A stretch of DNA of 24,005 bases from Octopus sinensis (GCF_006345805.1 NW_021836456.1:1-24005); one strand, 5' to 3'. Shown: positions 11,830 through 22,994, counted from the stretch's first letter. Translations and numbers: made by a program. Notes: generated by a model from the letters alone, not told the origin.

Positions 11830-12052
11830 TATTTCTTTATTTCCCTCAGGGGGCTAAACATAGAGGAGATAAACAAGGACAGAGAAGGAATTAAGTCGAT
11901 TACATCGACCCAGTGCGAAACTGGTACTTAATTTATCGACTCCGTTAAGAGGAAAGGCAAAGTCAACCTCGGCGAAATTTGAACTCGGAACGTAGCGGCG
12001 GACGAAATACCGCTAAACATTTCTCCTGGCGTGCTAACGATTCTGCCAGCTC
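11830..12052 (-). mobile_element. SINE family C with about 15-bp TSD
   Basis: GAAAGGAAATATATT (11815-11829) and GAAAGGGAAATATATT (12053-12068) flank it. Confidence 0.88.
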
Positions 12053-12495
12053 GAAAGGGAAATATATTGTACGTTACTGAGTGGAGAATGTATACAGATA
12101 GCTAAGCACAGCGCTGGATTAACCCATTTAGCAAATTAAGCACGTGCTTAGGGCATCGAGGGAAAGAGGGGGGGCACCACAGAACTGGAAATGGTTTACG
12201 GCACGAAAGAAATCAGTTTAAACTTGCTAAAGTAATATTCATAATGCCTTATCTTTACTAAGTTTTGAAGCAGAAGTTTTACGTAAAATTAATTTTAACG
12301 ATATCATCGAACATATTGCAATGAAAAAAAAACGGAGAAAACTTTTCAAATATAAATAAAATAAAAGCAATTATTTGCCATCTTACTGTGAATTTGGTTT
12401 CATTTTGAAAAATAATAATTCATTTTATGGTTTATTATCGTTTACATTTTGGATTATTTTTGTTTACATTTTGAACCACTTACATCTATTCGAGG

Positions 12496-12916
12496 TGGAG
12501 GCACATGGCCTAGTGGTTAGAGCAGCGGACTCGCGGTCGAGGGATTGTGGGTTCGAATCTCAAGCCGGGCGATGTGTGTGTTTATGTGCGAAACATCTAA
12601 GCTACTTGCGGCTCCGGCAGAAGGTAATGGCGAACTTCTGCTGACTCTTTCGCCACAACTTTCTCTCACTCTTTCCTCCTGCATCTTGCAGCTCACCTGC
12701 AACGGACCGGCGTCCCGTCCAAGTGGGGAACCTATATGCCAAAGAAACCGGGAAATCGGCCCTTATGAGCAGGCATGGCTCGAGAAAGAACAAACAACAA
12801 AGGGTTTCAAATTCTGATACAAGATCAGAAATTTTATGGGGAGAGTGTTAGTCGATTACAATGACCCTCATCCCAGTGTTAAACTGTTAGCCAGGCGTTG
12901 CTCGAGAAGGAACAGT
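12496..12916 (+). mobile_element. tRNA-derived SINE family D carrying a nested truncated family-C SINE
   Basis: A-box TGGCCTAGTGG, B-box GGTTCGAATCT; 12-bp TSD ATCTATTCGAGG (12484-12495 and 12917-12928). An inverted family-C 3' piece at 12793-12891 sits between 23-bp repeats that match at 20/23. Confidence 0.8.
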
Positions 12917-13629
12917 ATCTATTCGAGGACACCAAAATCTTTTTTAAGTGCTTAGGGCCTCTATGGGTTTTAATCCGGTTCTGTCTAATTTAGCTCAGAA
13001 GTGCAGGATTTCAGTAGTTGTAGAAACTTAATCAGATTGTAGGATTCTTATGTCTTCTAAACGATGGATGAAGCGTATTTCTGGATAAACATTTATTCCA
13101 CCATATAGATGGTTTCTCATTTATTTTTTCTCGTGCATGTAGCTTTATCCGAAGGCGCAGTAACAGCAGCATTGTCTCAGATATTATATGAGCAGTGCAC
13201 TAAACTGTGCTGCACTTAAATTTCACAGAGACTGCACCGGATGGGCTGCACCAGGTGGGTTGCATGAGACGACGAAGTGCTGCAAATGGGTTTCTGTGTT
13301 TTAAGCTAATTGACAATAACGATTTTCTCAACCCATAAATGCTGAACACAATAAGACATTAACCATTTACCATTCGTGGTATGGTGTGGGAATTTCAAGT
13401 CAGCATTTTACATGATTCATTGGTGGAGTTATTCAAAGTAATGTGAGGTTGAGGAATTCGTGCATCGAGGGAACCTTTTTGCTCGTCTCTGACATTTAAA
13501 GAAGTCATTTATACATTTACATACCCGTATCTGTATACGGGTGTGTACGGTAATGGTGAGGGTGTAAGGTTCGTATGCCGATGAATTCTGTGGGTGTTTG
13601 TGGAGTTTTTTTTTGTCTGGGTAATTTGG

Positions 13630-13735
13630 TTTCTGTGTGTGAGTATGTGTATGCGAGTGTGTGTGTGTGGTGTGTGTGTATGCGAGTGTGTGTGTGTGTG
13701 TGTGTATGTGTGTGTGTGTATGTGTGTTTGTATGT

Positions 13736-13802
<67 letters not shown>

Positions 13803-13935
13803 CGCGCATATGTTGTACATGTGTATGTGTATGTACCGGGTGTATATGTGTAAATTATTAAATGTTTCTGTGTACGCATTTAATAATCACTACTTGCAAA
13901 CATACACACATGCACACATGTACACACACACACAA
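13630..13935. repeat. (TG)n/(CA)n microsatellite
   Basis: Direct inspection. Confidence 0.95.
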
Positions 13936-14220
13936 TGCATATACGAGCCAAACGGAGAAATCTCTTTGTGATCACCCGAGCTGTTAGAAATAGCAGTTAA
14001 ATCTCTGCTTGAGCAAACTTTACATTCTTAAAATGAGAAATTGATACACGTATAAAAGATAATGTAATCTTGTGTGTGTGTGTGTGTGTGTGTTGAATAA
14101 TGATGGGGTTGTCGTGGCTGGAACGCCTTTGATCATAGGCCTGCTTAGTCAGGACTCACTTGGAAATAAACTATAACTGGAACAGTAAACTTATCGTATG
14201 TTAGTAAATCTATGTAAGAG

Positions 14221-14346
14221 TGTACATACATACATACATACATGCATACATACATACATACATACATACATACATACATACATACATGCATACATACATA
14301 CATACATACATAATACATACATATGTACATATATGCATACATATAT
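14221..14346. repeat. (TACA)n microsatellite
   Basis: Direct inspection. Confidence 0.95.
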
Positions 14347-14347
14347 G

Positions 14348-14458
14348 AGCAAGACACTTTATTTCACGTTACCCCAGTCCACTCAGCTGGCAGAAATAAG
14401 TTGTACCTGTATTTCAAAGGGCCAGCCTTTTCACACTCTGTGTCACGCTGAATCTCCA
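14348..14458 (+). mobile_element. internal fragment of SINE family A
   Basis: CAAGACACTTTATTTCACGTT...CACGCTGAATCTCC matches 334-407 and the 11305-11627 copy. Confidence 0.8.
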
Positions 14459-14482
14459 AACTACAGGGGAGAAAGCTAGCCA

Positions 14483-14816
14483 CTGGATTTGGTTAAAAAG
14501 AGACGATGAGCAATGACTCGAGAAATAGTGAGCTTTATTTAATAACCAGTCGATCTAGCAAGCGGGGCCTTATATCGGTGAGGAGGGTCGGTGCGCATTG
14601 ATGCCGTCGAGAGGTAGGCCCCGAAACGGTGCGCATTCTCTCCTGATGACCCCATACACTTGCTCGCTCCCAGTATGCGGAGTTCTTGACTGGTAGCACT
14701 TGCATGTGCAAGTTGTTTGCAAGACAAATTAGTAACTTTATGTAAGAGTGTGTACGAGGGGGTGGGTGTATATAATGGAGTTGAACTTGTGGGGCAAGTG
14801 ACTTGATCCATAACAA
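14483..14816. mobile_element. GC-rich LTR-like or pseudo-LTR-like element
   Basis: The minus strand starts TGTTATGG and carries GATATAAGG and AATAAA. The plus strand carries the hammerhead-like motif. Boundaries and class are uncertain. Confidence 0.4.
14591..14649 (+). ncRNA. hammerhead-core motif with non-canonical strand order (copy 3)
   Basis: GTGCGCA-TTGATG-CCGT-C | GAGAGG-TAGGCCCC-GAA-ACGG-TGCGCAT-TCTCTC-CTGATGA; the core spacing is identical to copy 2. Confidence 0.65.
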
Positions 14817-14904
14817 TGTGATGAAACTGAAACAAGTAAGGACCATTTTAACCAACTAAAAATGCATAAAAATTATTAAACTCTTTGTCATTTATCCCTT
14901 GAGT

Positions 14905-14946
14905 TGTCAGTGACGAGACGACAGAGATGCGACGAAAAATCTGACA
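14905..14946 (+). ncRNA. degenerate minimal type I hammerhead-like motif
   Basis: TGTCA-G-TGACGA-GACG..CGAC-GAAAA-ATC-TGACA. Stem I is 5 bp, with C3G and mismatches in stems II and III. Confidence 0.3.
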
Positions 14947-14996
14947 CAATGTTTAAAGGCTTTGTGTGTGTTTTAAATTAACTCAACCATGATATA

Positions 14997-15156
14997 CCGT
15001 ATTTTAACGTGTATAAGGAACCCCCTAATTTTGGAAGCTTAAAATTTGGAAAAGGGTTTCCTAAGGGATTATAATACTATCCGTGTATAAGAAACTCCCA
15101 TATTTTTTTAACCTAATTTTTGACAAAAAGGGTTCCTCACACACATTAAAATACGG
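14997..15156. mobile_element. 160-bp MITE, Tc1/mariner superfamily (Tc2/pogo-like ends)
   Basis: TIRs CCGTATTTTAACGTGTATAAGGAACCC and the reverse complement CCGTATTTTAATGTGTGTGAGGAACCC; TA on the left flank; internal subterminal repeat GTGTATAAG. Confidence 0.8.
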
Positions 15157-15239
15157 TCATTTACGGTAATTCACACATACACATATACACAGACGCACAT
15201 ATATACATACATATACATACATACATACATACATATATA

Positions 15240-15284
<45 letters not shown>

Positions 15285-15352
15285 GATGTAGAAGGTTGAA
15301 AAGGAACACATGAGTTGATATGTATAACGAAAATAAGACAAAGTACAAAATG

Positions 15353-15564
15353 AAATGAAATGTTTTTTGGAAAAATATTTCCAAATACAAGGGAGATTTT
15401 CTTTTTTTCTGTCTTTCTCTTTCTCTCTTTTTTACTCTCGTGGGTTCTAGGTAGTTAGCAGCAGCTACTTTGATATGAATTCTTGTCAGAGACAGAAAAA
15501 GAAAAAAGAAAATTTCCCTGGCATTTGAAAACTATGGAAATATTTTTAAAAAAACATTTCATTT
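15353..15564. repeat. imperfect long inverted repeat (fold-back/MITE remnant)
   Basis: Arms 15353-15414 and 15490-15564 are reverse complements with two small bulges. Confidence 0.7.
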
Positions 15565-15687
15565 AATTTTTTCACAATTTAATTGTGTTTCATACTTTAC
15601 ACTAAACTGAAAAAGTCGCAGACAAACCGGTACTATAATGTTCTTCATGATAAAATTATTTTAGCATTTTCTACATTGTCTTATTTT

Positions 15688-15723
<36 letters not shown>

Positions 15724-15930
15724 GAGAGGTAATGGTGTCATTGAGACCCAAAAGTGTCGGGTAATGCTGAATAAGTGCTATAGACAGACCATAGTTAAGT
15801 TCCAGATTCGGTAATATTGCGAATAAAGGGTCCAACGTTTGTTTTATGTCAGCGTGTGTATATAAGAATTTTTTGCGTAAGAAGATAAGAAACCAAGGCT
15901 GAATAGATATTAGAGCATTTATAGATAGAA

Positions 15931-15981
15931 GGTATTACAGCTGTTTCTAGGATATTAATTAATAATATCCTTTCATCTTAC
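15931..15981 (-). ncRNA. degenerate type I hammerhead-like motif in a Penelope-type terminal-repeat-like fragment
   Basis: AAGATGA-A-AGGATATTA/TAATATCCT-A-GAAAC-AGCT-GTA. Stem II is 9 bp and stem III is the palindrome ACAGCTGT; C3/U4 and the 10.1-11.1 pair are mutated. Confidence 0.45.
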
Positions 15982-15993
15982 TACGCAAAAAAT

Positions 15994-16036
<43 letters not shown>

Positions 16037-16127
16037 TTACATTGTCGAGCGGTTACTGTTTACATCTCGTTCAGTAACACCCACCCATTGTGGTTAGCCA
16101 TATTGAGATGGCTATTATACTTTACAT

Positions 16128-16158
<31 letters not shown>

Positions 16159-16199
16159 TATATATATACACATATAAGCGTGTGCCTATGTATAAAATG

Positions 16200-16830
16200 C
16201 ATATATAAAAGTATAAAATCATCTTCCCTTTATCTATTCATCTCTAATGATTTATCTTCAACGTTGCGTTAACATCTACTGACGAACTAGTTTCCATTAC
16301 TGTGTACAATTTCTTTTCTATGTATTATACAATGGTGTCTGGTCTTTTATACCAACAATTTAAAGAGATTTTTGACAGGAACGTTCCCTCTGTATTGTTT
16401 CGTAATAACGGCAAAGCGTACCTTCCACCACATCATTGTAATTTCTTGTATTTTTATCATCTGGATTCCCATTGTTACCGATTACATTGTATAATACTTT
16501 GGCGATAATAGCATTTCTCATGGATGAACAGCATCTTGTTAATAACTTCGGGTACCTTTTTGTGATATGAATGACTTCGGGATGGGTTCTTCGAAGTATG
16601 CATTGGTTGGTATATTTAAGTGTTTTACCGGTGCCAGAATCGTTTTGGGGTCCTCGTTATTTTCGTTGTTATTTCCGGTTCCTGGATTGTAAAAGCACAC
16701 CCTTTTCAAGTGACAGCGAATATACTGGTTGTTATTCCAGCATAGGCAACAACCTTGGTTATCAATTTATTGCAGTCGCCTTGAAGCTTTCTGACAGTAT
16801 GGCGGCTGATAGCGCACATGTCACTCTGAT
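16200..16830 (-). mobile_element. heavily decayed RLE (R4/Dong-like) non-LTR retrotransposon fragment, distinct family
   Basis: Across frameshifts the minus strand reads GCAFTIQEPEITTKI, NQCILRRTHPEVIHI..YPKL..MRNAIIAKVLYNVI (decayed zinc knuckle) and KRPDTIV*YIEKKLYTVMETSSSVDVN (RPD...E endonuclease). Confidence 0.6.
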
Positions 16831-16844
16831 TGTATGAATGTTTG

Positions 16845-17082
16845 TACGTACGTGTATGTCATTATTCAGTTTATTTCAAGACTTCTCGCCAACAGAGAAA
16901 GAACCGGATTCTAACCCATATCCGAGGCTCCTTCATAGGAATTTGCATGTTGTATGTATGTATGTATGTATGTCATTGTTCAGTTTCATTTCAAGATTTC
17001 TTGTAAATAGAGAAAGAACCAATTTCTAACCTAGATCCAGGCTCCTTCACTGGAATTTCAACATCAACAACACGGTATTTTT
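16845..17082 (-). mobile_element. two tandem copies of a ~120-bp (CATA)n-tailed repeat
   Basis: Reverse complements of the copies at 19780-19995 and 20465-20575 (GAAGGAGCCTTGGATC.AGGTTAGAAACCGG...GGCAAGAAATCTTGA). Confidence 0.8.
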
Positions 17083-17147
17083 GTATGTATGTATGTATGT
17101 ATGTATGTATGTATGTATGTACGTGCAGATTTGTATGTTTTATGTAT

Positions 17148-17300
17148 GTATTCCCATGCATATAGTTGCATATCTAGACATGCTCATATATACTGAAATA
17201 ATAAACTTCTGGAAAGTTTTACAGATTTTTACATTTCCAATGATAGATTGGATCTGTAGTCTTCGAATTAGCTTTCTCCTTTCCGTTTATAAGAAGCGTA
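17148..17300. repeat. ~160-bp repeat duplicated at 18933-19090
   Basis: Both start GTATTC..TGCATATAGTTGCATATCTAGACATGCTCATA and include CTGTAGTCTTCGAATTAGCTT; each follows a (TATG)n tract. Confidence 0.85.
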
Positions 17301-17377
17301 ATTTCTCAAGATTGGTATTCAGGCAGTGTGTTACATATCCTAAAAACAAGCAAACGGGAAGCTTTTGCCTTTATTTA

Positions 17378-18358
17378 TGTATGCATGTATGTACATATGT
17401 ATGTGTGTATGTATGTATGTATGTATGTATGTATGTATGTATGTATGTATGTGTGTATGTTTGTATGTATGTATGTATGTATGTATGTATGTATGTATGT
17501 ATGTATGTATGTGTGTATGTTTGTATGTATGTATGTATGTATGTATGTTTGTATGTATGTGTGTATGTTTGTATGTATGTATGTATGTTTGTATGTATGT
17601 ATGTATGTATGTATGTATGTTTGTATGTATGTATGTATGTTTGTATGTATGTATGTATGTATGTTTGTATGTATGTATGTATGTTGTATGTATGTATGTA
17701 TGTATGTATGTATGTATGTATGTATGTTTGTATGTATGTATGTATGTGTTGTATGTATGTATGTATGTATGTATGTATGTATGTATGTATTATGTATGTT
17801 TGTATGTATGTATGTTTGTATGTTTGTATGTATGTATGTATGTGGTTTATGTATGTATGTATGTATGTATGTATTATGTGTGTATGGTTTGTATGTATGT
17901 TATGTATGTATGTATGTATGATATGTATGTAATAGATGTATATGTGATGTATGTTATGTATGTATGTATGTTGTATGTATGTGGTGTATGTTTGTATGTA
18001 TGTATGTATGTTTGTATGTATGTATGTATGTATGTATGTATGTATGTATGTATGTGTGTTTGTGTATGTATGTATGTATGTATGTATGTATGTGTGTATG
18101 TATGTTTTATGTATGTATGTTTGTATGTTTGTATGTATGTATGTATGTTTGTATGTATGTATGTATGGTATGTATGTATGTATGTATGTATTATGTATGT
18201 ATGTATGTGTGTGTGTATGTATGTATGTATGTATGTATGGATGTATGTATGTTATGTATGTATGTTTGTATGTATGGTATGTATGTATGTATGTATGTAT
18301 GTGTGTATGTATGTATGTATGTATGTTTAGTATGTATGTATGTATGTATGTATGTTTG

Positions 18359-18389
<31 letters not shown>

Positions 18390-18932
18390 TGTATGTTTGT
18401 ATGTATGTAGTATGTATGTATGTATGTATGTATGTATGTATGTTTGTATGTATGTATGTTGTTTGTATGTATGTATGTATGTTTGTATGTATGTATGTAT
18501 GTATGTATGTATGTATGTTTGTATGTATGTATGTATGTATGTATTTGTATGTATGTATGTATGTTTGTATGTATTATGTATGTATGTATGTATGTATGTA
18601 TGTTTGTATGTATGTATGGTTTGTATGTATGTATGTATGTATGTATGTATGTATGTTGTATGTATGTATGTATGTTTGTATGTATGTATGTTTGTATGTA
18701 TGGATGTATGTATGTATGTATGTATGTATGTATGTATGTATGTATGTATGTATGTTGTATGTATGTATGTATGTATGTATGTATGTATGTATGTATGTAT
18801 GTTTGTAGTGTATGTATGTATGTATGTATGTATGTATGTATGTTATGTTGGAGTTATGTATGTTTGTATGTATGTATGTTTGTATGTATGTATTATGTAT
18901 GTATTATGTATGTATGTATGTATGTATGTATG
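17378..18932. repeat. ~1.55-kb degenerate (TATG)n microsatellite
   Basis: Direct inspection; TTTG/TGTG variants and small indels. Confidence 0.97.
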
Positions 18933-19090
18933 TATTCTCGTGCATATAGTTGCATATCTAGACATGCTCATAAATTTAAATGCTAAACTTCTGAAAAGTT
19001 TCACAGATTTTTACAGTTCCAGTGATGGACTGGAATCTGTAGTCTTCGAATTAGCTTCCTCCTTTTATATAAAGATGTCTTCTCTTATTT
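18933..19090. repeat. second copy of the 17148-17300 repeat
   Basis: Direct alignment by eye. Confidence 0.85.
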
Positions 19091-19544
19091 GATTTCATTC
19101 TAGAAGGAGAATACTAATTTCTAACAAAGGAAGACAAGGTTTCTCACCGGAATTTGGTTAATAACGATAATGGTTAAATACCAAACTTTACTGAAGCCTC
19201 GCATTTTTTTTACTATTCTATTTACAGATTATATTTGTAAAGAACATGTCATTTGGTTTACTTCTTTGCCTGAATATCCTAGATTCTTCCAGATTGTCAT
19301 TTAAACATTAACTAACCAAGACCAGTACACCAATGATTGTTCATATAATTGTGAAATTATAATTAAAGGAGAAGTGCTATAAGTATCGAAGCTGTTTAGA
19401 AATACTCTGCTTCTCACAAATTTTGGAAGAGATATCTACACACACGTATACACACACGCACACGCACACGCACACACACACACACACACACATACATAAT
19501 ACATACATATATTCATGCATATATACCTATTTCTTTGTTACCCA

Positions 19545-19742
19545 CAAGGGGCTAAACATAGAAGGGACAAAGACAGACATAGGTATTAAATCGATTACAT
19601 CGACCCCAGTGCGTAACTGGTACTTAATTTATCGACCCCTAAAGGATGAAAGGCAAAGTCGACCTCGGCGGAATTTGAACTCACAACGTAACGACAGACG
19701 AATTACGGCTACGCATTTCGCCCGGCGTGCTAACGTTTCTGC
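19545..19742 (-). mobile_element. SINE family C
   Basis: Reverse complement is colinear with 7940-8140. Confidence 0.87.
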
Positions 19743-19779
19743 ATATATACCTACACGCATGAATATATATACAAACGAA

Positions 19780-19995
19780 AATATCCGGTTGCTGATGTTG
19801 AGATTCCAATGAAGGAACCTTGGATCAAGGTTAGAAACCGGCTCTTTTTCTATTGGCAAGAAATTTGAGATAAAACTGAATAATGACAAACATACATACA
19901 TACATACATACAATGAAGGAGCCTTGGATCTAGGTTAGAAACCTGCTCTTCCTTTACTGGCAAGAAATCTTGAGATAAAAGTGAATAATGACATA
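19780..19995 (+). mobile_element. two tandem copies of the ~120-bp (CATA)n-tailed repeat
   Basis: Same family as 16845-17082 and 20465-20575. Confidence 0.8.
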
Positions 19996-20159
19996 CATCC
20001 ATACATTTCTCTCCTTGTTTCTTTCTGTGTTCCTTTCCGTGGAAGAGCGTAGGCTCGAAACATTAAAGACTTTTCAATTCCCGATCGTTATACTAATACA
20101 TCTGTTTGTTTTCTACACCACTTGTCTTCGTCTTTTGATTTTTTCTGTGAATTCTCCCC

Positions 20160-20455
20160 ATACATACATACATACATACATACATACATACATACATACA
20201 TACATACATACATACATACATACATACATGCATGCAGGCATGCATGCATGCATGCATACATACATACATACATACATACATACATACATACATACATACA
20301 TACATACATACATACATGCATGCAGGCATGCATGCATGCATGCATACATACATACATACATACATACATACATACATGCATGCATGCATGCATGCATGCA
20401 TACATACATACATACATACATACATACATACATACATACATACATACATGCATGT
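20160..20455. repeat. (CATA)n with recurring (CATG)n blocks
   Basis: The block CATGCATGCAGGCATGCATGCATGCATAC occurs twice, with a third pure CATG block. Confidence 0.95.
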
Positions 20456-20464
20456 ATATACAAG

Positions 20465-20575
20465 CAAAAATACCCTGTTGTTGATATTGAAATTCCAATG
20501 AAAGAGCCTTGGATCAAGGTTAGAAACCGGCTCTTTCTCTATTGGCAAGAAATCTTCAGATAAATGACATACATA
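20465..20575 (+). mobile_element. copy of the ~120-bp (CATA)n-tailed repeat
   Basis: Same family as 19780-19995. Confidence 0.8.
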
Positions 20576-21427
20576 CATATTGATTTCCCTAACATGCTTT
20601 TGTAAATGAAAACTAGTCTGGCTCTCTGACATCTTTATGAAACCCATATAAAAATATAAGAAGATAAAAATAAAACAAACTGGAAAATTAAAAAATATAT
20701 TTGAATTAAGATTAGTTACACTTTAAAATTTTCTCCCTGTATGAATTAAAAAATGGAGATTCGATGTCTTAAACTTTTCAAATATTATATTGACTAGAAG
20801 CATGTCACATACCAAACCTATGTACACATGAAACTGCATAGCTTCTATATCCTGATAGCTGACTCAAGCAGTATTCATAAGTAAGGCAATACTTCGCATG
20901 CTCTATAACTTTTCTCCTACACTTATTGCCAAAAATGTACGCGACTGAAAAGATTTATTGCTGATATGTAGAAAGATGTAAGCAACCCAACTCAGACAAA
21001 ACATGAGTTGTTTCGATTGCAGCGGAGACCCAAGTAGGTTGAAATAGCAATACTTTCAGTTTCAAATACTTATGCACCCCCCCCCCCTCCAAAATGTCAG
21101 CAAAATATAAAATAAAAAATCTTCATCAAAAATATATTATTTTTATAGGCTGCATGGTGCATTTAGCAATTTTGTACGTTACGCTGACCGCTAAATCTGC
21201 GGTATTTTATGATTAGTTCTGATATTAAATACCATATGAAAATTTTACGTGCAAAATTTTGGCTTTTCTGTTAAACAGCAAAATAAGTTGAAAGAGCAAT
21301 TCCCACTCATAAATAAACCCAAGATGGTAACCACACGGTTATTTAGAATTCATTAATTACATTATTTCCATTATTTCCATTTGACGGATATTTGTCCTTA
21401 TCTTGCTAGTTGTTAACAAATAAGATA

Positions 21428-21686
21428 ACGGTTTCCTTTACGTATAGGTTCCCCACCTGGATGGGACGCCGGTCCGTCGCAGGTGAGCTGCAAGATGCAG
21501 GAGGAAAGAGTGAGAGAAAGTTGTGGCGAAAGAATCAGCAGAAGTTCGCCATTACCTTCTGCTGGAGCTGCATGGAGCTTAGGTGTTTCGCTCATAAACA
21601 CACACATCGCCCGGTCTGAGATTCGAACTCGTGATCCCTCGACCATGAGTCCGCTGCTCTAACCACTAGGCCATGTACCTCCACTC
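21428..21686 (-). mobile_element. SINE family D, 3'-truncated
   Basis: Reverse complement is colinear with 12496-12750. Confidence 0.88.
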
Positions 21687-22423
21687 AATTATATGTGTGT
21701 GTGTGTATATGTGTGTGTGTGCGTGTGCGTGTGTGTGTGTATGTATATATGTATATGTATGTATGAATGTATGTATGTATGCATGTATATATATATTTGA
21801 CATTCTAAGTTTGACATACGTATACTAATTTATATTTATAACTTATAATCTATAATTTTTAATTCTTAATTTTGTAAAGTTTATTTTTAAGTTTTTATTT
21901 TTTATTTAAAGCTTAATTTTTATGGCGATTTGAAATAGCTGAACAATATTTTGAAAAATGAACCTGAAGAAGTGTTGGTAGAATTATAAATCTGATATTT
22001 ACTTATATTCTGATCTTCCAATACAGAAACACGTGTAGTTGATGTGGAACACATGATTTATATTCTCCATATTAAGATGCATGCAATGCTAATGGGTGGG
22101 TACCTGATGGATTTGAAATTTGTTTTCCCACGTTATTGAAATATATATATATATATATATATATGAAGGAAATATCAAACGCAAATATATATGTATATGT
22201 GGACGGCATTTTCTGTTGCTCCTTCGCCGTTCTCAAAAATAGCGTTCGTGATACTTTTTCTCGTTCGGCTTAACAGCCCTTCTTGTCTTGTTATTCTCCT
22301 TGCCCTGTCTTTTACTGTTTATATTTTGTACTGTCGTTACTGTCCTGTTTTTGTTACCATTTTTACCCCTCCGCAAAAAGATCTCAAATTTTATTTAATT
22401 TGCTTTTCGCGGGAAGGAAAGTT

Positions 22424-22495
22424 TCTATCGAAGATGCGTATCGCCTTCACCTTCGAAACGCAGAGTAGATGAAAGGATGGCGACTGAAGAAGGGG
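22424..22495 (+). ncRNA. hammerhead-core motif with non-canonical strand order (copy 4)
   Basis: TGCGT-A | TCGCC-TTCACCTTC-GAA-ACGCA-16 nt-GGCGA-CTGAAGA-AGGGG. Confidence 0.62.
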
Positions 22496-22750
22496 AATTT
22501 TCCTTGTGTTATTTGTCCTGTACTCTTTTTTTTTTAAGAAAAATGTCCAGTTCCTTGGTTTTGTGTTTATGTTTTCGTTTCTCATTGTGTTCGACGTTTT
22601 TTTGGTGTCCTGTACCCATATATGCATGTATATATACATGTAGAGGTAGGTACGTACATATATGTATGTATATATGCATATGTTTTATTTATTCATTAAT
22701 TTATTATATGACGGAACGCACGCATCCATTTCTAAGTAAGATTGTTCTTA

Positions 22751-22791
<41 letters not shown>

Positions 22792-22993
22792 TGAGAAAGA
22801 GAGAGAGTGGAACATGAAGCATAAACTATATTCTTTATTTCATATTTGTAACACATGTTTCTACTATTGATAATCCGGATCGGAATGTATATACAAGTCC
22901 CAAGACATATTCAAATTTACTGGTCGCGTTTTCAGGCAAATGAAAAGTAACTATTAAACTATTAAACTCTACCATTCAGGTATCGAGTACTGC

Positions 22994-22994
<1 letters not shown>

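Noticed and set aside
12496-12575. tRNA gene (also the heads at 246, 5932 and 7923)
   Set aside because: These have promoter boxes but no complete cloverleaf, and each continues into a multicopy SINE body.
13141-13255. Candidate exon after TTTTTTCTCGTGCATGTAG and a cluster of TGCAC motifs
   Set aside because: There is an in-frame stop, and the motifs do not match the metal-response TGCRCNC consensus.
14643-14649. Box C/D snoRNA interpretation of TGATGA
   Set aside because: No downstream D box with a terminal stem; the flanking pairings fit hammerhead register instead.
17081-19092. Long MYVC-repeat ORFs (up to 321 aa)
   Set aside because: (TATG)n has no stop codon in any + frame; this is an artefact.
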